Virus record (IMG/VR): IMGVR_UViG_3300006139_000013
Coordinates: 5,354-69,353 of that record
Direction: 5' to 3' (one strand)
DNA length: 64,000 nt
Source: a virus
Lineage: Duplodnaviria > Caudoviricetes
The stretch's first letter is position 1. Every line of letters begins with the position of its first letter. Below the pieces are notes generated by a model, which worked only from the letters and a program-made list of their open reading frames with translations, was not told the DNA's origin and did no database searches. The translations under genes were made by a program, and so were the position numbers. Of the stretch, positions 8,115-19,031 are shown in pieces.

Positions 8115-11100
8115 TCAAAAATTGGATAATCTATCTTTATATTCGATAATTTTTCTATATACTTCAATTCTTTTTGATTTAGAAAGATTCTTTTTCCCAT
8201 TCAAAAATGAACTGAAATTCCTTGGATCATATGGAATTCTATTCGCAAACCAATTTGATTGAACTCCATATTCTTTTATAAAATTCACTACATAATCCCT
8301 AAATTCATCTTGATTATCATACGGCATCAAAGTCAACCCCTTTTCAAACAAATAATCATAAATTTGAATGTCGCCGCTTTTGCATTCACTTAAAACAGAA
8401 ATTGGCGTACTACTTTCTTGAATAATACGATAGATACTACGCCTCATTCGATAATTTTGCATATCCATCATAAGCAAAAACAAATGTCGTTCTATATCAC
8501 TATAATCTTCTTCAAGATGAGCAAGAATATGATGAATAGTCTTGTCTGAAATCGCAATCTGCTGAACACTTGTAATCCACTTGCTTCTTAAATCAATAGT
8601 GCGCTCTCTTTTTTCTTTGCTTGAATAATTTTCATCACCCCACACACCCTTTATATCTTCACGAAGTTGTTTTGCACTATCTATAATTTGCGATTCTTGC
8701 ATTTGGTTGAACTTTCCATCTACTTCACTTTCATCCACTAAAATATAAGACATTAATTTCTTGCGCTTTCTTGGCATCTTAAACTTATTAATACAAGATT
8801 CTAAATAATCCATGCTTGTTGCAAACTTTACATATGACATTCTTCCACGTTCAACACAAATACTTGCATCCTTCTCTTTCATTGCTCTGACTTCTTTATA
8901 AGTTTCAACTACACACTGTTTAACAAACTCATCATCTTCTTCACGATAAATATAATAATCATCCCGATACCCCTTATATCCATCAATATACTTAAAGAAC
9001 ATCGGTCTAATATGTCTGCCCTTACTATCTCTCAAATCATACTTTTTCTTTAAACACTGTAATTCAAACGTATTGTCCGCTGGATTTTCTCTTTTGGCTG
9101 AATCAATTTCCAAATTACTCATAACATCTAACTGAGCAATATCACAATATAGACCCATTACGGACTCAATACTGGCTCCATTATGTAATCTATCCCATAA
9201 AATCGAATTAAGTTCCTGTGACAAATTAATAATCTCGCCAATTTTATTTACACTGGTCTTAATGTCCAAGTCGGCCTTTTCTGCATCTGTATACTTTCGT
9301 TTATGTGTAGCACCCTCAACTAACTTTGTAGGAACAGGGAAATTGTAATAATTGCGTTTCGCTGCATTAATGAGAATTTGATTGTTTGTCAATAACATTG
9401 TATCACTATCAAAATCTGCACCAGAAAGACGCTCTAAAATATTCTCATGAATACTATTCAAATACACAATTTCATTTGTGGGATTCATATAATGAATAAT
9501 TTCCTCACGCAACACATTCTTTACTAAAAGAATATTTCCCATTGTCACGTGTGGACTTCTACATCCAAGAAGTTCCGATCCATCAGCAAAACGAATTGAA
9601 TGAACTGTTTCTTTTTCAATAACAGATGTTCCATCAAATGTTCCAATCGCCTGTTTAAGCATCTCAATAGGATTACCGCATAATGTACTGTAATTTCCTT
9701 GAATAAGGATATGCCCACATCTCAAATTCTTAATAAAGGCTTTAATTAAATCATTACAAAACTCAACATACATTTTAGTTTTTGTAAACTTATCAGTAAT
9801 GCCAAGCATTGTATAAATTACATCATTCTTTGAAGCCATACTTTCGGTATAATGAATCTGATCAGGAGAACGATACGCATAACTAATTTGAAACCTAAGT
9901 GCAGCAGGATCAGTTTTAATTAATCTTGCAAAATCAATAGAAGGTTGAACCAACGCATTAACTTCTTCATATGTCATCTGGAGCGTATTCAATAACTGAT
10001 AATGTGTCTGTACCATCCTACCGTTAAAAAAATGTGTCGGCTTTTCATATTTCACAACACCAAATGTAGGCTCCAAAATATCTAACCATTCATCCAATGT
10101 TCCAAATTTTACATATTTTATAGAACTTGGCGTAGTAATCAACTTAATATCTTCAATCCGTGTGGCACGTGTTTTTCCGTTAAGTTGTTTAACATTTGTA
10201 ATATTGTTATCTTTAAACCATTTCTGAATATTAGAATTAAAACAACAAGATTTAAAAAACCTACTACGTAACAAAAGCATTCCGTGTTCTCTGGCTTCTG
10301 GTTTTATGCGCTGTTGACACTCCTGAAATTTTAAAAACACACTCCTATCCATTAACGATTGTCCATCCCAAATACTATTTGAAATTTCTACATCCTCAAT
10401 ATTAGTTACAAGCCTACCATCAACAAAACGAGTAGCAGCAGCTTTATCATGAAATACACTCTTATAATCATCAATCACCAGAATATTTTCAGGCCGAAGC
10501 TGGATCGTATCTACAATACTACTTAATGTGAGTGCAATATAAGGCTCCAGCGCAGCCAAATCAATATCTTGTCCCTCTTTTACCTTAATACCACACATTT
10601 CCCACTTGTGCATTTTAGGATATAACCGTTCATCTATGAACAAACACTTACCAACACGACTCGATCCAGCACTACGTTTAAATCTTACATATTTAATACC
10701 ATCACAGTAAAATCCATTTTTGTATAATTCTTCTCTAATGTTCGCTACACTATTAATTGTCCGAATATTACTATTAGCCTTATATGTTTTACCATCAAAT
10801 TGAAACGCTATACCATACACACTTTCAGGAATAGCATTTTCTACAGGAGAATCAACTTCAATTCCTGCCAACTCACCATCTGCAAAGGCTACACAATCAT
10901 GGAATACCAAATCATCATAAGTATACTTATGTAAAATATAAAATACTTTATCGCCTTTTTGAATCTTATTGTATTGCTTATTACTATACTTGAATGTTAC
11001 ATTAATAACCCTATAAGTATAATCCTTTTTATTTTGATAAAACGAAAACTGTTCACTTGGACATATCTGAGCAAACACCTCTTGCATCTTAATAAGATCA

Positions 11101-11273
11101 AGACTGTAATCTAATGTGTTAATAAACCGTCCAAGATTTAAAACTCCTGCTTGGTTTCTGAGTCTATATCCGATTGGCTTTCCATTTTCATTGACTTTTT
11201 GATTAACACAATGATTTGATATGTAAATATCTTTTCCGTCTAATGATGGAATGCAAACGCCGCTTTCAAGCAT
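8115..11273 (-). CDS. RdRP-like single-subunit RNA polymerase (SPbeta YonO-like) with C-terminal HTH-like segment
   Basis: 1052 aa; WDGQS, LRSRFFK, CRSPH, GADFDSD motifs of two-barrel RdRP family. Confidence 0.85.
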   Translation of the reverse strand: MLESGVCIPSLDGKDIYISNHCVNQKVNENGKPIGYRLRNQAGVLNLGRFINTLDYSLDLIKMQEVFAQICPSEQFSFYQNKKDYTYRVINVTFKYSNKQYNKIQKGDKVFYILHKYTYDDLVFHDCVAFADGELAGIEVDSPVENAIPESVYGIAFQFDGKTYKANSNIRTINSVANIREELYKNGFYCDGIKYVRFKRSAGSSRVGKCLFIDERLYPKMHKWEMCGIKVKEGQDIDLAALEPYIALTLSSIVDTIQLRPENILVIDDYKSVFHDKAAATRFVDGRLVTNIEDVEISNSIWDGQSLMDRSVFLKFQECQQRIKPEAREHGMLLLRSRFFKSCCFNSNIQKWFKDNNITNVKQLNGKTRATRIEDIKLITTPSSIKYVKFGTLDEWLDILEPTFGVVKYEKPTHFFNGRMVQTHYQLLNTLQMTYEEVNALVQPSIDFARLIKTDPAALRFQISYAYRSPDQIHYTESMASKNDVIYTMLGITDKFTKTKMYVEFCNDLIKAFIKNLRCGHILIQGNYSTLCGNPIEMLKQAIGTFDGTSVIEKETVHSIRFADGSELLGCRSPHVTMGNILLVKNVLREEIIHYMNPTNEIVYLNSIHENILERLSGADFDSDTMLLTNNQILINAAKRNYYNFPVPTKLVEGATHKRKYTDAEKADLDIKTSVNKIGEIINLSQELNSILWDRLHNGASIESVMGLYCDIAQLDVMSNLEIDSAKRENPADNTFELQCLKKKYDLRDSKGRHIRPMFFKYIDGYKGYRDDYYIYREEDDEFVKQCVVETYKEVRAMKEKDASICVERGRMSYVKFATSMDYLESCINKFKMPRKRKKLMSYILVDESEVDGKFNQMQESQIIDSAKQLREDIKGVWGDENYSSKEKRERTIDLRSKWITSVQQIAISDKTIHHILAHLEEDYSDIERHLFLLMMDMQNYRMRRSIYRIIQESSTPISVLSECKSGDIQIYDYLFEKGLTLMPYDNQDEFRDYVVNFIKEYGVQSNWFANRIPYDPRNFSSFLNGKKNLSKSKRIEVYRKIIEYKDRLSNF

Positions 11274-11286
11274 TTAATCCCTCCGT

Positions 11287-11649
11287 TCAAAATGGGGTTT
11301 TAAGATTATTCGCAAACCTAATATGGTCTGGCGTATAGAACTCTGCTGTATCAGGAAGTTCATCACGAAATTCATCTGGAATCTTCCCCTGATACCATAA
11401 ATTATTTGTTGTCAATGTTGAACCATCTTTGAATCTGATCCAGAATCTACGACCAGAAAATCCACGAAAGGCTCCGGGGGCATTTTCACCTCCATCACAA
11501 TAACATTCTCCATGAATAATAATGTGCTTATCTTTTTCAGCAATGATTTCACGCCAAAAATTAATTGTAAAACACCTACTGCTACAAAGAATGTTGCCAT
11601 GATATTGACTATTCTCAATTTCTTTACCGCAAATTTCGCATTTCAGCAA
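11287..11649 (-). CDS. Zn-ribbon hypothetical protein
   Basis: CEICG...CSSRC; RBS. Confidence 0.65.
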   Translation of the reverse strand: MLKCEICGKEIENSQYHGNILCSSRCFTINFWREIIAEKDKHIIIHGECYCDGGENAPGAFRGFSGRRFWIRFKDGSTLTTNNLWYQGKIPDEFRDELPDTAEFYTPDHIRFANNLKTPF

Positions 11650-11690
11650 TCTATCATCTCCTGTTGCGCGATTATTAACTATACTGTTAT

Positions 11691-12134
11691 TTATCGTTTA
11701 TAAAGCACAACAGTATGCTTTTTAAAAATATCCTGAATAAGCTGGTGAACAATATTCCAGTCAGCACCCCCATGACCACAACCAATCTGATACGGCATAG
11801 CAATAGCTTCAGATGTGGGTACAATCGTTGCCAAACTATTCATAGCCTTACTAAGCGCAGCAATATCGGTATACTGTTTCCCATACCCAAACCGTTCTTG
11901 TCCAAACAAGTTACAAATTACCTTGCCGTCATCCGCAGGAACAATCAACATCTTTCCAAGAAGATTTTTTGCACGATGATCTTCACAATACTCATGATAA
12001 CGGCGGTATACATCTGGATACTTGTTTTTAATCTGTAAAGCAACCCCACGTCCCATTGCTCCATAACAATTCACTTGATGAGCAATATAAGTTTCCTTGG
12101 CCTCCAGCAAATCACCATTAATCAGTTTTACCAT
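11691..12134 (-). CDS. macrodomain ADP-ribosylhydrolase (DarG/Poa1-like)
   Basis: GDLL...HQVNCYGAMGRGVA...IGCGHGGADW. Confidence 0.88.
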   Translation of the reverse strand: MVKLINGDLLEAKETYIAHQVNCYGAMGRGVALQIKNKYPDVYRRYHEYCEDHRAKNLLGKMLIVPADDGKVICNLFGQERFGYGKQYTDIAALSKAMNSLATIVPTSEAIAMPYQIGCGHGGADWNIVHQLIQDIFKKHTVVLYKR

Positions 12135-12609
12135 TTTCAATTTCCTCCATAACTTTATAAAATTCGCTGCCTTTGATTTCAGTAAATACATCAGATGGCA
12201 TTTCAATTTGATTAGCACTAAAAGAACAATACAAAACACCATTATGATCAAACAAACGACTTGAACTTCGTCCCATATATTTATTGAGCCATGCAGGAGA
12301 AGGCTTATGAACATTTTTCAAACCAGCAGCACGTTTTACCCATTCCTTGTTAATGACAGAATTTTTCTTAAAGAACCGAAGTCCTTCATTTGTCTCTTTT
12401 GAACAAAGTTGTTTTGCAAACTTAATCTTATCATTTTCAGTCGGCACAATTCCAATTACTGTAGAATTTTGACAATACAAATCCGCTTCAATACCAAATT
12501 CTTTGAAGAACTCATCTACTAACTTTTTATTTGGTGCAAGGCAATTTTTCCAAGCCCAATAATCATCATATAGTGATGAACCCTCATTAACTGTATAAAA
12601 TTTGTCCAA
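12118..12609 (-). CDS. hypothetical protein
   Basis: TTG start after AAGGAG. Confidence 0.65.
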   Translation of the reverse strand: MDKFYTVNEGSSLYDDYWAWKNCLAPNKKLVDEFFKEFGIEADLYCQNSTVIGIVPTENDKIKFAKQLCSKETNEGLRFFKKNSVINKEWVKRAAGLKNVHKPSPAWLNKYMGRSSSRLFDHNGVLYCSFSANQIEMPSDVFTEIKGSEFYKVMEEIENGKTD

Positions 12610-12622
12610 TAAGATTCTCCTT

Positions 12623-13195
12623 TCAAATGTGTGTCCAAATCTGATTATTAACAATTCTTGAAATAAGCCCAACACTTACTCCAAAATAATCAGCTAATTG
12701 CTTGCGATTGCATTGCTGCCCTTTACCTTTAGGAATGTAATGTTCACGAATATATCTAACATCTTCCTCGGTTAATTTTGCCATTCCATTATTACTGCCA
12801 CGATATTGACCATAATGTGAATCAGACGCAAACTTCCATGTGTGAATCGGATTAATCAGTTCCATATCCATTGCGTGTTCGTAGTTATATTCTCGTGAAC
12901 ACCATTCAAGATTTGATAACTGGTTGTTCCTCTTATTTCCATCCCTATGATTTACAATTTCAAGATGATCTGGATTGGGAATAAATGTTTCTGCTACACA
13001 TCTATGTACTCTAATATTCTTATTCTTTCCACAAACTGAGGTGCAAATTTGTAAATATTCATTTGTTCCAGCATGAAGCACATATACTCGCTTAGTCTTG
13101 GCGTTCCGAATCCTACCCCATGTCGATACTTCAAAACGCCAAGAATAATCTATGCCATCATACCAAGCACCAGCCCATATTTCTTGTTCCATCAC
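12623..13195 (-). CDS. NUMOD4/HNH homing endonuclease
   Basis: EVSTWGRIR; VHRCVAETF; VNHRDGNKRNNQLSNLEW. Confidence 0.9.
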   Translation of the reverse strand: MMEQEIWAGAWYDGIDYSWRFEVSTWGRIRNAKTKRVYVLHAGTNEYLQICTSVCGKNKNIRVHRCVAETFIPNPDHLEIVNHRDGNKRNNQLSNLEWCSREYNYEHAMDMELINPIHTWKFASDSHYGQYRGSNNGMAKLTEEDVRYIREHYIPKGKGQQCNRKQLADYFGVSVGLISRIVNNQIWTHI

Positions 13196-14337
13196 ATCAT
13201 CGCCTGAAGCTGCTGCACACTTTCAAAAATTGCATTAGCAGTTTTTATCATATCATCGCTACAGTTGTTTGCTCCCATAGAAATTCTGATAGTGCAGCTT
13301 GCATCTTGATCATCAAGATACAATGCCTTTAAAACATGAGATGGATCAAGAGAACCAGCAGTACAAGCAGACCCAGCAGACACACAAATGCCTTTTTCAT
13401 TTAACAATAACAACATTGCTTCACTCTCGCACTTTGGCAAAGTTAAACTAATAATATTTGGTACACCGCCAGAACAATTCACAACATAATTGACACCAAG
13501 CCGATCTAACTCGCCCAAGAACAGCTTTCTCAAATGTTCATAATAGGCTCTATCTGCATCAATATTCTTTATCATTTTTTCCGCAGCCTCACCCATAGAC
13601 ACGATCCCCGGCACATTTTCAGTTCCAGCACGAAGATGATGCTCTTGGCCTCCACCTGTAATAACAGGCTCCAGATTAATTCCACGCCTCACATATAATG
13701 CGCCAATACCCTTCATTGCATGAATCTTATGACCAGACATTGCCATCAAATCAATATGACTTACATTTACATCCAAATGAATATGTCCCAATGCCTGAAC
13801 TGCATCTGTCATAAAAAGTACACCATATTCCTGACAAAGATCGCCAATGTCATCAATAAGCTGAATAGAACCAACTTCATTATTAACTGCCATAATTGAA
13901 ACGAGGCCAAGAGTATCCTTGAAAATTTTCATAACACGTTCCAATTCTTCAATATCTACTCGCCCATCCTCATCGACTGGCATATAAATAACTTTAAATC
14001 CATCCTTTTCAAGAACTTTACAAGTATTAAGAACCGCATGATGCTCAATCTGGCTTGTGATAATTGTTGTCTTACCACTTTCTTTCAGATAAGGTGCAAT
14101 ACCACGCAAAGCTAAATTATCACTTTCACTACCACCAGCAGTAAAAACAATTTCATCATCCATTGCGCCTATACATCTTGCGATTTGTTTTCTGGCCTTC
14201 GCAACCATCTGTGCTGCTTCAGTTCCCGCCTTATGCAAACTACTTGGATTTCCATAACAATCATGAATTGTCCAACAAGCAGCTTCAAAAGCAGTTTTTG
14301 AAATTTTAGTAGTTGCTGCATTATCAAGATAGATCAT
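13192..14337 (-). CDS. iscS: cysteine desulfurase (IscS/NifS)
   Basis: IYLDNAATT; SGHKIH PLP lysine; GSAC catalytic loop. Confidence 0.93.
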   Translation of the reverse strand: MIYLDNAATTKISKTAFEAACWTIHDCYGNPSSLHKAGTEAAQMVAKARKQIARCIGAMDDEIVFTAGGSESDNLALRGIAPYLKESGKTTIITSQIEHHAVLNTCKVLEKDGFKVIYMPVDEDGRVDIEELERVMKIFKDTLGLVSIMAVNNEVGSIQLIDDIGDLCQEYGVLFMTDAVQALGHIHLDVNVSHIDLMAMSGHKIHAMKGIGALYVRRGINLEPVITGGGQEHHLRAGTENVPGIVSMGEAAEKMIKNIDADRAYYEHLRKLFLGELDRLGVNYVVNCSGGVPNIISLTLPKCESEAMLLLLNEKGICVSAGSACTAGSLDPSHVLKALYLDDQDASCTIRISMGANNCSDDMIKTANAIFESVQQLQAMM

Positions 14338-14599
14338 CTAATCCCTCCATCTCACTTTCTTCTTCAAATTCAGGCTCTAACATTTCAGATGGATCAATAT
14401 TCCCATCACTATACTCGCCTACATATTCTGCATATGCTTTTTTATATTCTTGACGATTTAATTCAATACCAGATTCAATTTCATCATCTGTCAATGACTC
14501 GCCGCTACGACCAGAATCAAAAAAATCACACAGCACATCACTTTCACATTGATCATGCCAAATACAATCTACGCAAGAATAATTTTCGCTATTTTCCAT
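14324..14599 (-). CDS. acidic Cys-motif hypothetical protein
   Basis: CxxCxWxxxC...C; overlaps iscS start. Confidence 0.6.
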   Translation of the reverse strand: MENSENYSCVDCIWHDQCESDVLCDFFDSGRSGESLTDDEIESGIELNRQEYKKAYAEYVGEYSDGNIDPSEMLEPEFEEESEMEGLDDLS

Positions 14600-14658
14600 T
14601 TCAAAAATCCACTCCTATTCATTATGCTATTCCTCCTTTTCTATTGAATATATAGTTA

Positions 14659-16464
14659 TTAGTCAAATATCAAAGCAACAAAGTCACTTTCTTTAGACTC
14701 TTTCCCATTGTACTGTTCAGTAGAAGAAATATGCAATATTTTTTCTGCTCTCGTAATTGCAACATACATAAGCCGCTTTTCCTCATCAATGTTTTCGCTT
14801 TTCTCATGGGGCAACAATCCTTGATTAACTCCAGCAACAAATACAATCGGAAACTCAAGTCCCTTAGACTTATGAATCGTCATAAGCTGGACGGAATTAG
14901 GATCATGCTTTTTCTCCTTTGAAAATTTCATCATAAAGGAAATAAACCGCTTTGCATCATTGTAATTCGAGGCCATACGCTGAAGCGTATTTAAGTTATC
15001 AGTGCGGCTATCATCGTTGTCACACAAATCCTTTGAAACATAAGAATCCAGATTCAACGTTTCCCGCAAATCAGCAATCATATCTGCAACTGTTTTATAC
15101 TTTGACTCACTAATTGACTTGATCGTTGCATGGATACTATTTACGCTATTTTTAACTTTCCAATTAGTTCTACTTACTCTAAACATAGCACAATAAAGAG
15201 ACATTTTTTCTTTTCTGGCAGTACGCTTAACTTCTTGTAAAAACGATTGACCAAGATAACGATTAGGACGATTATAGATATATTCAAATGCTTCGTCATC
15301 ATTTATATCACAGACCAACCGCAAATACGACAGAACAATTTTAATTTCACGGCGATCAATAAACGACATACCATCTACAATCGAATATGGAATTTCGCTT
15401 CGATACAGTGCCGTTTCAAAATTCTGTAACTGAGCATTTGTTCTGGTCAAAATTGCAATATCTTTATAATCATATCCTAATTCAATATATGTCTGAATCT
15501 TTTTCGCAATCCCGCTTGCTTCTGCATTTTCATCATCATACCTTGTATACTGTGGTTCTTCAAACTTTTTCTTATCAGCAATGCTTTCTACATAATGTCG
15601 ATGCTTTGATTCTGGAATACATTCAGCAAAATGATTTGCCGCTGTTACAATATTCTGACTACTCCGATAGTTCTTGTTCAGGTGAATAATTCTTGCGTTA
15701 GGCCAGTCCTCATCAAAGTTCATTACAAACTTGTTATCGCTGCCCCGCCACATAAAAATATTCTGGAGTGGATCATCAACAACAAAAACATTCTTATACC
15801 TTGCACCAATCAATTTTATAATTTCATACTGAACTGCATTCGTGTCCTGCATCTCATCAGCCAAAATAAACTGATACTGCTCCTGACAATACCGAAGCCC
15901 CTTTTCGTTAGTGCTTAAAATTTCATAACACTTTACCAGCATATCATCAAAATCCAACTGATTATGCTCGGCTTTATATTTCTCATAATACTTATATACT
16001 TTCCCGAACTTTGTTGATGTGTCTGGCTTTTTCATCTGATTCTTTTGAATCGAAATATAACTTAAAATATCTGCAATTTCTTGTCCATCAGGCTCCTTTT
16101 CTCTAAAATAATGCTGTAAAATTTCCTCAATAATCTTAACTTTTTTCCAATCCGCATCAAGAATTTCAAAATCCTCTCGATTAAATTTTCTTACAATGCG
16201 AAATCCAAAGGAATGAAAAGTTTCGACATTGATAAATTTCACATACCCCGGAATCATTTTAGTAAGTCGCTCAACCATATTCTCTTTTGCTTTCTTGCTA
16301 AATGTAATTGCCAAAATCTTTCCGGGTTCAACATCATAATCCTCAATCAACTTTACAATCCGATTTACAAGCACTCTTGTCTTACCGCTGCCAGCCGATG
16401 CAATCACATTACAACAGCCCTCATAAAAATCAACAGCTTCTTGCTGAACTTTGCTAAGTTCCAT
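14659..16464 (-). CDS. pcrA: UvrD/PcrA superfamily 1 helicase
   Basis: ASAGSGKT, DEMQDTN, NYRS, MTIHKSKGLEF, YVAITRA. Confidence 0.93.
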   Translation of the reverse strand: MELSKVQQEAVDFYEGCCNVIASAGSGKTRVLVNRIVKLIEDYDVEPGKILAITFSKKAKENMVERLTKMIPGYVKFINVETFHSFGFRIVRKFNREDFEILDADWKKVKIIEEILQHYFREKEPDGQEIADILSYISIQKNQMKKPDTSTKFGKVYKYYEKYKAEHNQLDFDDMLVKCYEILSTNEKGLRYCQEQYQFILADEMQDTNAVQYEIIKLIGARYKNVFVVDDPLQNIFMWRGSDNKFVMNFDEDWPNARIIHLNKNYRSSQNIVTAANHFAECIPESKHRHYVESIADKKKFEEPQYTRYDDENAEASGIAKKIQTYIELGYDYKDIAILTRTNAQLQNFETALYRSEIPYSIVDGMSFIDRREIKIVLSYLRLVCDINDDEAFEYIYNRPNRYLGQSFLQEVKRTARKEKMSLYCAMFRVSRTNWKVKNSVNSIHATIKSISESKYKTVADMIADLRETLNLDSYVSKDLCDNDDSRTDNLNTLQRMASNYNDAKRFISFMMKFSKEKKHDPNSVQLMTIHKSKGLEFPIVFVAGVNQGLLPHEKSENIDEEKRLMYVAITRAEKILHISSTEQYNGKESKESDFVALIFD

Positions 16465-16732
16465 TATCTTTTTCCTCCAAATTCATTTTTGCTCCACAAT
16501 GCGGACAATACTTGGTTTCTCGTTCATTCCACATATCACAACAACTGGATACTACGCCGCTGCTTACTAATACGCCAGACCGATATTGTTTAGTCCATCG
16601 TCCATAATGAACAGGTACAGCTTCTATCTCTTGTTGCCTATTAATTACCGACAGTGCATTGGCCTGAAAACCAGTACCGCGCATCTCGTACATCATATCT
16701 TCATAAACAGCAGCACGATCAATCAGTTCCAT
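16454..16732 (-). CDS. Zn-ribbon phage protein
   Basis: YCPHCGAKM C-terminus. Confidence 0.7.
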   Translation of the reverse strand: MELIDRAAVYEDMMYEMRGTGFQANALSVINRQQEIEAVPVHYGRWTKQYRSGVLVSSGVVSSCCDMWNERETKYCPHCGAKMNLEEKDNGT

Positions 16733-17843
16733 CCCGTTTCCCTCCAGTTCCATATTCTACTTCATAACCATACCTCTCTTTCATGGTTTCTTGATAGTCT
16801 TTTTCTTGAGCGGACGGTAGCATTTTCATAACGTCATCTGCTCCATACAGCAATGTAATATCAGACAATCGTTTAAACTGTTCTATGTAGTTGCTACCCA
16901 AGGCCGCATTCTTTTCCAACCGCTTTTCAGCATTGGTATCCATGATTGCTTTCAACACCACACCAATTTCCTGCCGCCGCTGATCAACAGTCTTTTCATT
17001 AAAGCTACGCAGAATATTTTTGCATTGTTGTTCATCTACTCGCCACAATTCAAAAGCACGACAAACAAACAAAATTCCATGCTCTTTCATAAGACGAGTT
17101 AATTCGCTGGCATAGCGTAACGCTTTTTTCCCATACCATTTTTCACTATCTGACAAAATCTTTGCTTTGCGGCTGGCCTTCTCAACCAGTTTAGAATACA
17201 GTTTCATTTCATCATCAGTGGCTTTTCTAATTTGGGCTTGCTCCACAATGATATGTCCATTCTCAATTTCGGCGGTCTTAGGCATAATTCCAATCATATG
17301 TACTTCGTTGTAGATCACACAATTCATTGCTGCCAGATATTTGATACATCGCCTAATATAATCATCAATTCGATTATCAGCCTTATTGAAATACTCTGAA
17401 AGAATATTTGCATCAAAATCCGTGTCAATTACTACTGAATCCTGATTGTACTTCATCTTGGTATAGTTTGAATTTACCATGCTAACAACCTGTGCTAAAT
17501 CCATTGATGTAATTACTGCCTTACGATCCTTATACCCCTCACCAAAAAGGACTTCATACAAAATCAGTGGCGCAAGATATTGGTAAATGCCCCTGTGTAT
17601 TTTGGAATCATACAATGATTTTGGATACTTGTAGACCTCCAGCACTGTATACTTTTTGGTTGTTACATCATACTCATAATCACAGTACCTTGCCAACGTG
17701 TCCAAGAACATACTTTGATATTTGCCGCTGGCAAACTTTTCTTTTCGGTGATAGGATCGCCGCTGTGCCTCAGAGCAGACTTTATCTACAAGTACACTTT
17801 CATTGTAAGTCCCACGCTTTAGTCGAACTTCACGTTTCTCGAT
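16719..17843 (-). CDS. hypothetical protein, possibly replication-related; probable ATC start
   Basis: Frame open 44 codons upstream of the called ATG (17711) to ATC 8 nt after AAAGGAG. Confidence 0.6.
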   Translation of the reverse strand: MEKREVRLKRGTYNESVLVDKVCSEAQRRSYHRKEKFASGKYQSMFLDTLARYCDYEYDVTTKKYTVLEVYKYPKSLYDSKIHRGIYQYLAPLILYEVLFGEGYKDRKAVITSMDLAQVVSMVNSNYTKMKYNQDSVVIDTDFDANILSEYFNKADNRIDDYIRRCIKYLAAMNCVIYNEVHMIGIMPKTAEIENGHIIVEQAQIRKATDDEMKLYSKLVEKASRKAKILSDSEKWYGKKALRYASELTRLMKEHGILFVCRAFELWRVDEQQCKNILRSFNEKTVDQRRQEIGVVLKAIMDTNAEKRLEKNAALGSNYIEQFKRLSDITLLYGADDVMKMLPSAQEKDYQETMKERYGYEVEYGTGGKRDGTD

Positions 17844-18153
17844 TTTTTACACTCCTTTCAAAATTGCCGAAGTTGCTATCCACCCGAAAATTCTTGAAAC
17901 CGTTGCGGCACAATAGATTCAGCGATTTTTGCTATGCACTTTTTAGCCATAATTAAATATATATAATATTATGGCCTTTTGGTGCATACAGGAATCCCGC
18001 AGAAGCAAGCCAAATTGGGACTGTTTCAGGACTTTTTCTGGAGGGCAACTATCAAACACAGTTGTATTATTTCATGAACTTGCCGCAGGCAAGTGAATGA
18101 CAGCGAAGGCAACGCCGTAGGTGTTGGCAAGCTGAAATCTTACCTCCCGCCGA

Positions 18154-18933
18154 TTAAAGCCCATGTCTTTCAATAAAAGCATCCATTTCAGACTGATCCC
18201 GCTTTATATAATGATAGGTAGTTCTAATATTACTATGCTGTAAGAACTGCGATACCATTACTTCATCCTGTGTATCTGTACTTGTAGAGATCATGTGATA
18301 AGGATTAGTTTTACGCAGCGAGTGTGTCCCCATGTGCATATCAATGTCCAGTGCTTTAGCTGCTCTCTGGAGCATACGCCGCATTCCATCCACTGACATA
18401 GGCTCTGTCGGTTTCTTCCCATTCGGGAATAGCCAATCAGACATTTTGTACTGACCAAGAGTATTGAAATATAAAGTCAGTGCATCTCTGGCCTTAGTAT
18501 TCAACAACACAATAGACTTCTTCCCGGTCTTTTGCTCATGGTCAAATGTCACGTGTGTTTTAAATGACCCATCTGGATTCAGAATGTCATATACATGGAG
18601 TGCTAATATATCCCCCGCCCGTCTGCACATATTCAAAGAGAACACAAAATAGGCGTAGTCCCGGATGTTATTGTTCATCCAGCCTTTACGATTCAGAAAG
18701 TAATTCTTCAGTCGTTCAATATCATCCAGCGAACGAATAGGATCAGTAGGATTGTGATTGCAATGATCACGTTCTACATAGTCCTGATCCATGATAGGAG
18801 CAGCTACCTTTTGTGTGGCTGTTGTTTTTTCTTGCATTAGCCGTCCAAGCATCTGTTCCAGTTCAGGAGAAAAGGTGATAGTCATTTCACCAGCATTGAT
18901 AGCTTTTTTGCTGTTCATCGTAAAGCCCTCCAT
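18154..18933 (-). CDS. tyrosine recombinase (integrase/resolvase)
   Basis: RRAGDIL, KTGK, HSLRKT, LQHSN...YHY catalytic set. Confidence 0.92.
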   Translation of the reverse strand: MEGFTMNSKKAINAGEMTITFSPELEQMLGRLMQEKTTATQKVAAPIMDQDYVERDHCNHNPTDPIRSLDDIERLKNYFLNRKGWMNNNIRDYAYFVFSLNMCRRAGDILALHVYDILNPDGSFKTHVTFDHEQKTGKKSIVLLNTKARDALTLYFNTLGQYKMSDWLFPNGKKPTEPMSVDGMRRMLQRAAKALDIDMHMGTHSLRKTNPYHMISTSTDTQDEVMVSQFLQHSNIRTTYHYIKRDQSEMDAFIERHGL

Positions 18934-19002
18934 TTTGATTGATTACACCGTTATTTGCTGCGATCAAAAAACATCCCCGAAATAGGTGCTTTTCTATTAT
19001 CT

Positions 19003-19031
19003 ATTATACATGATTGCATATATAAAGTCAA
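19003..19031 (-). promoter_or_regulatory. sigmaA promoter of recombinase gene
   Basis: TTGACT-17-TATAAT. Confidence 0.8.
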
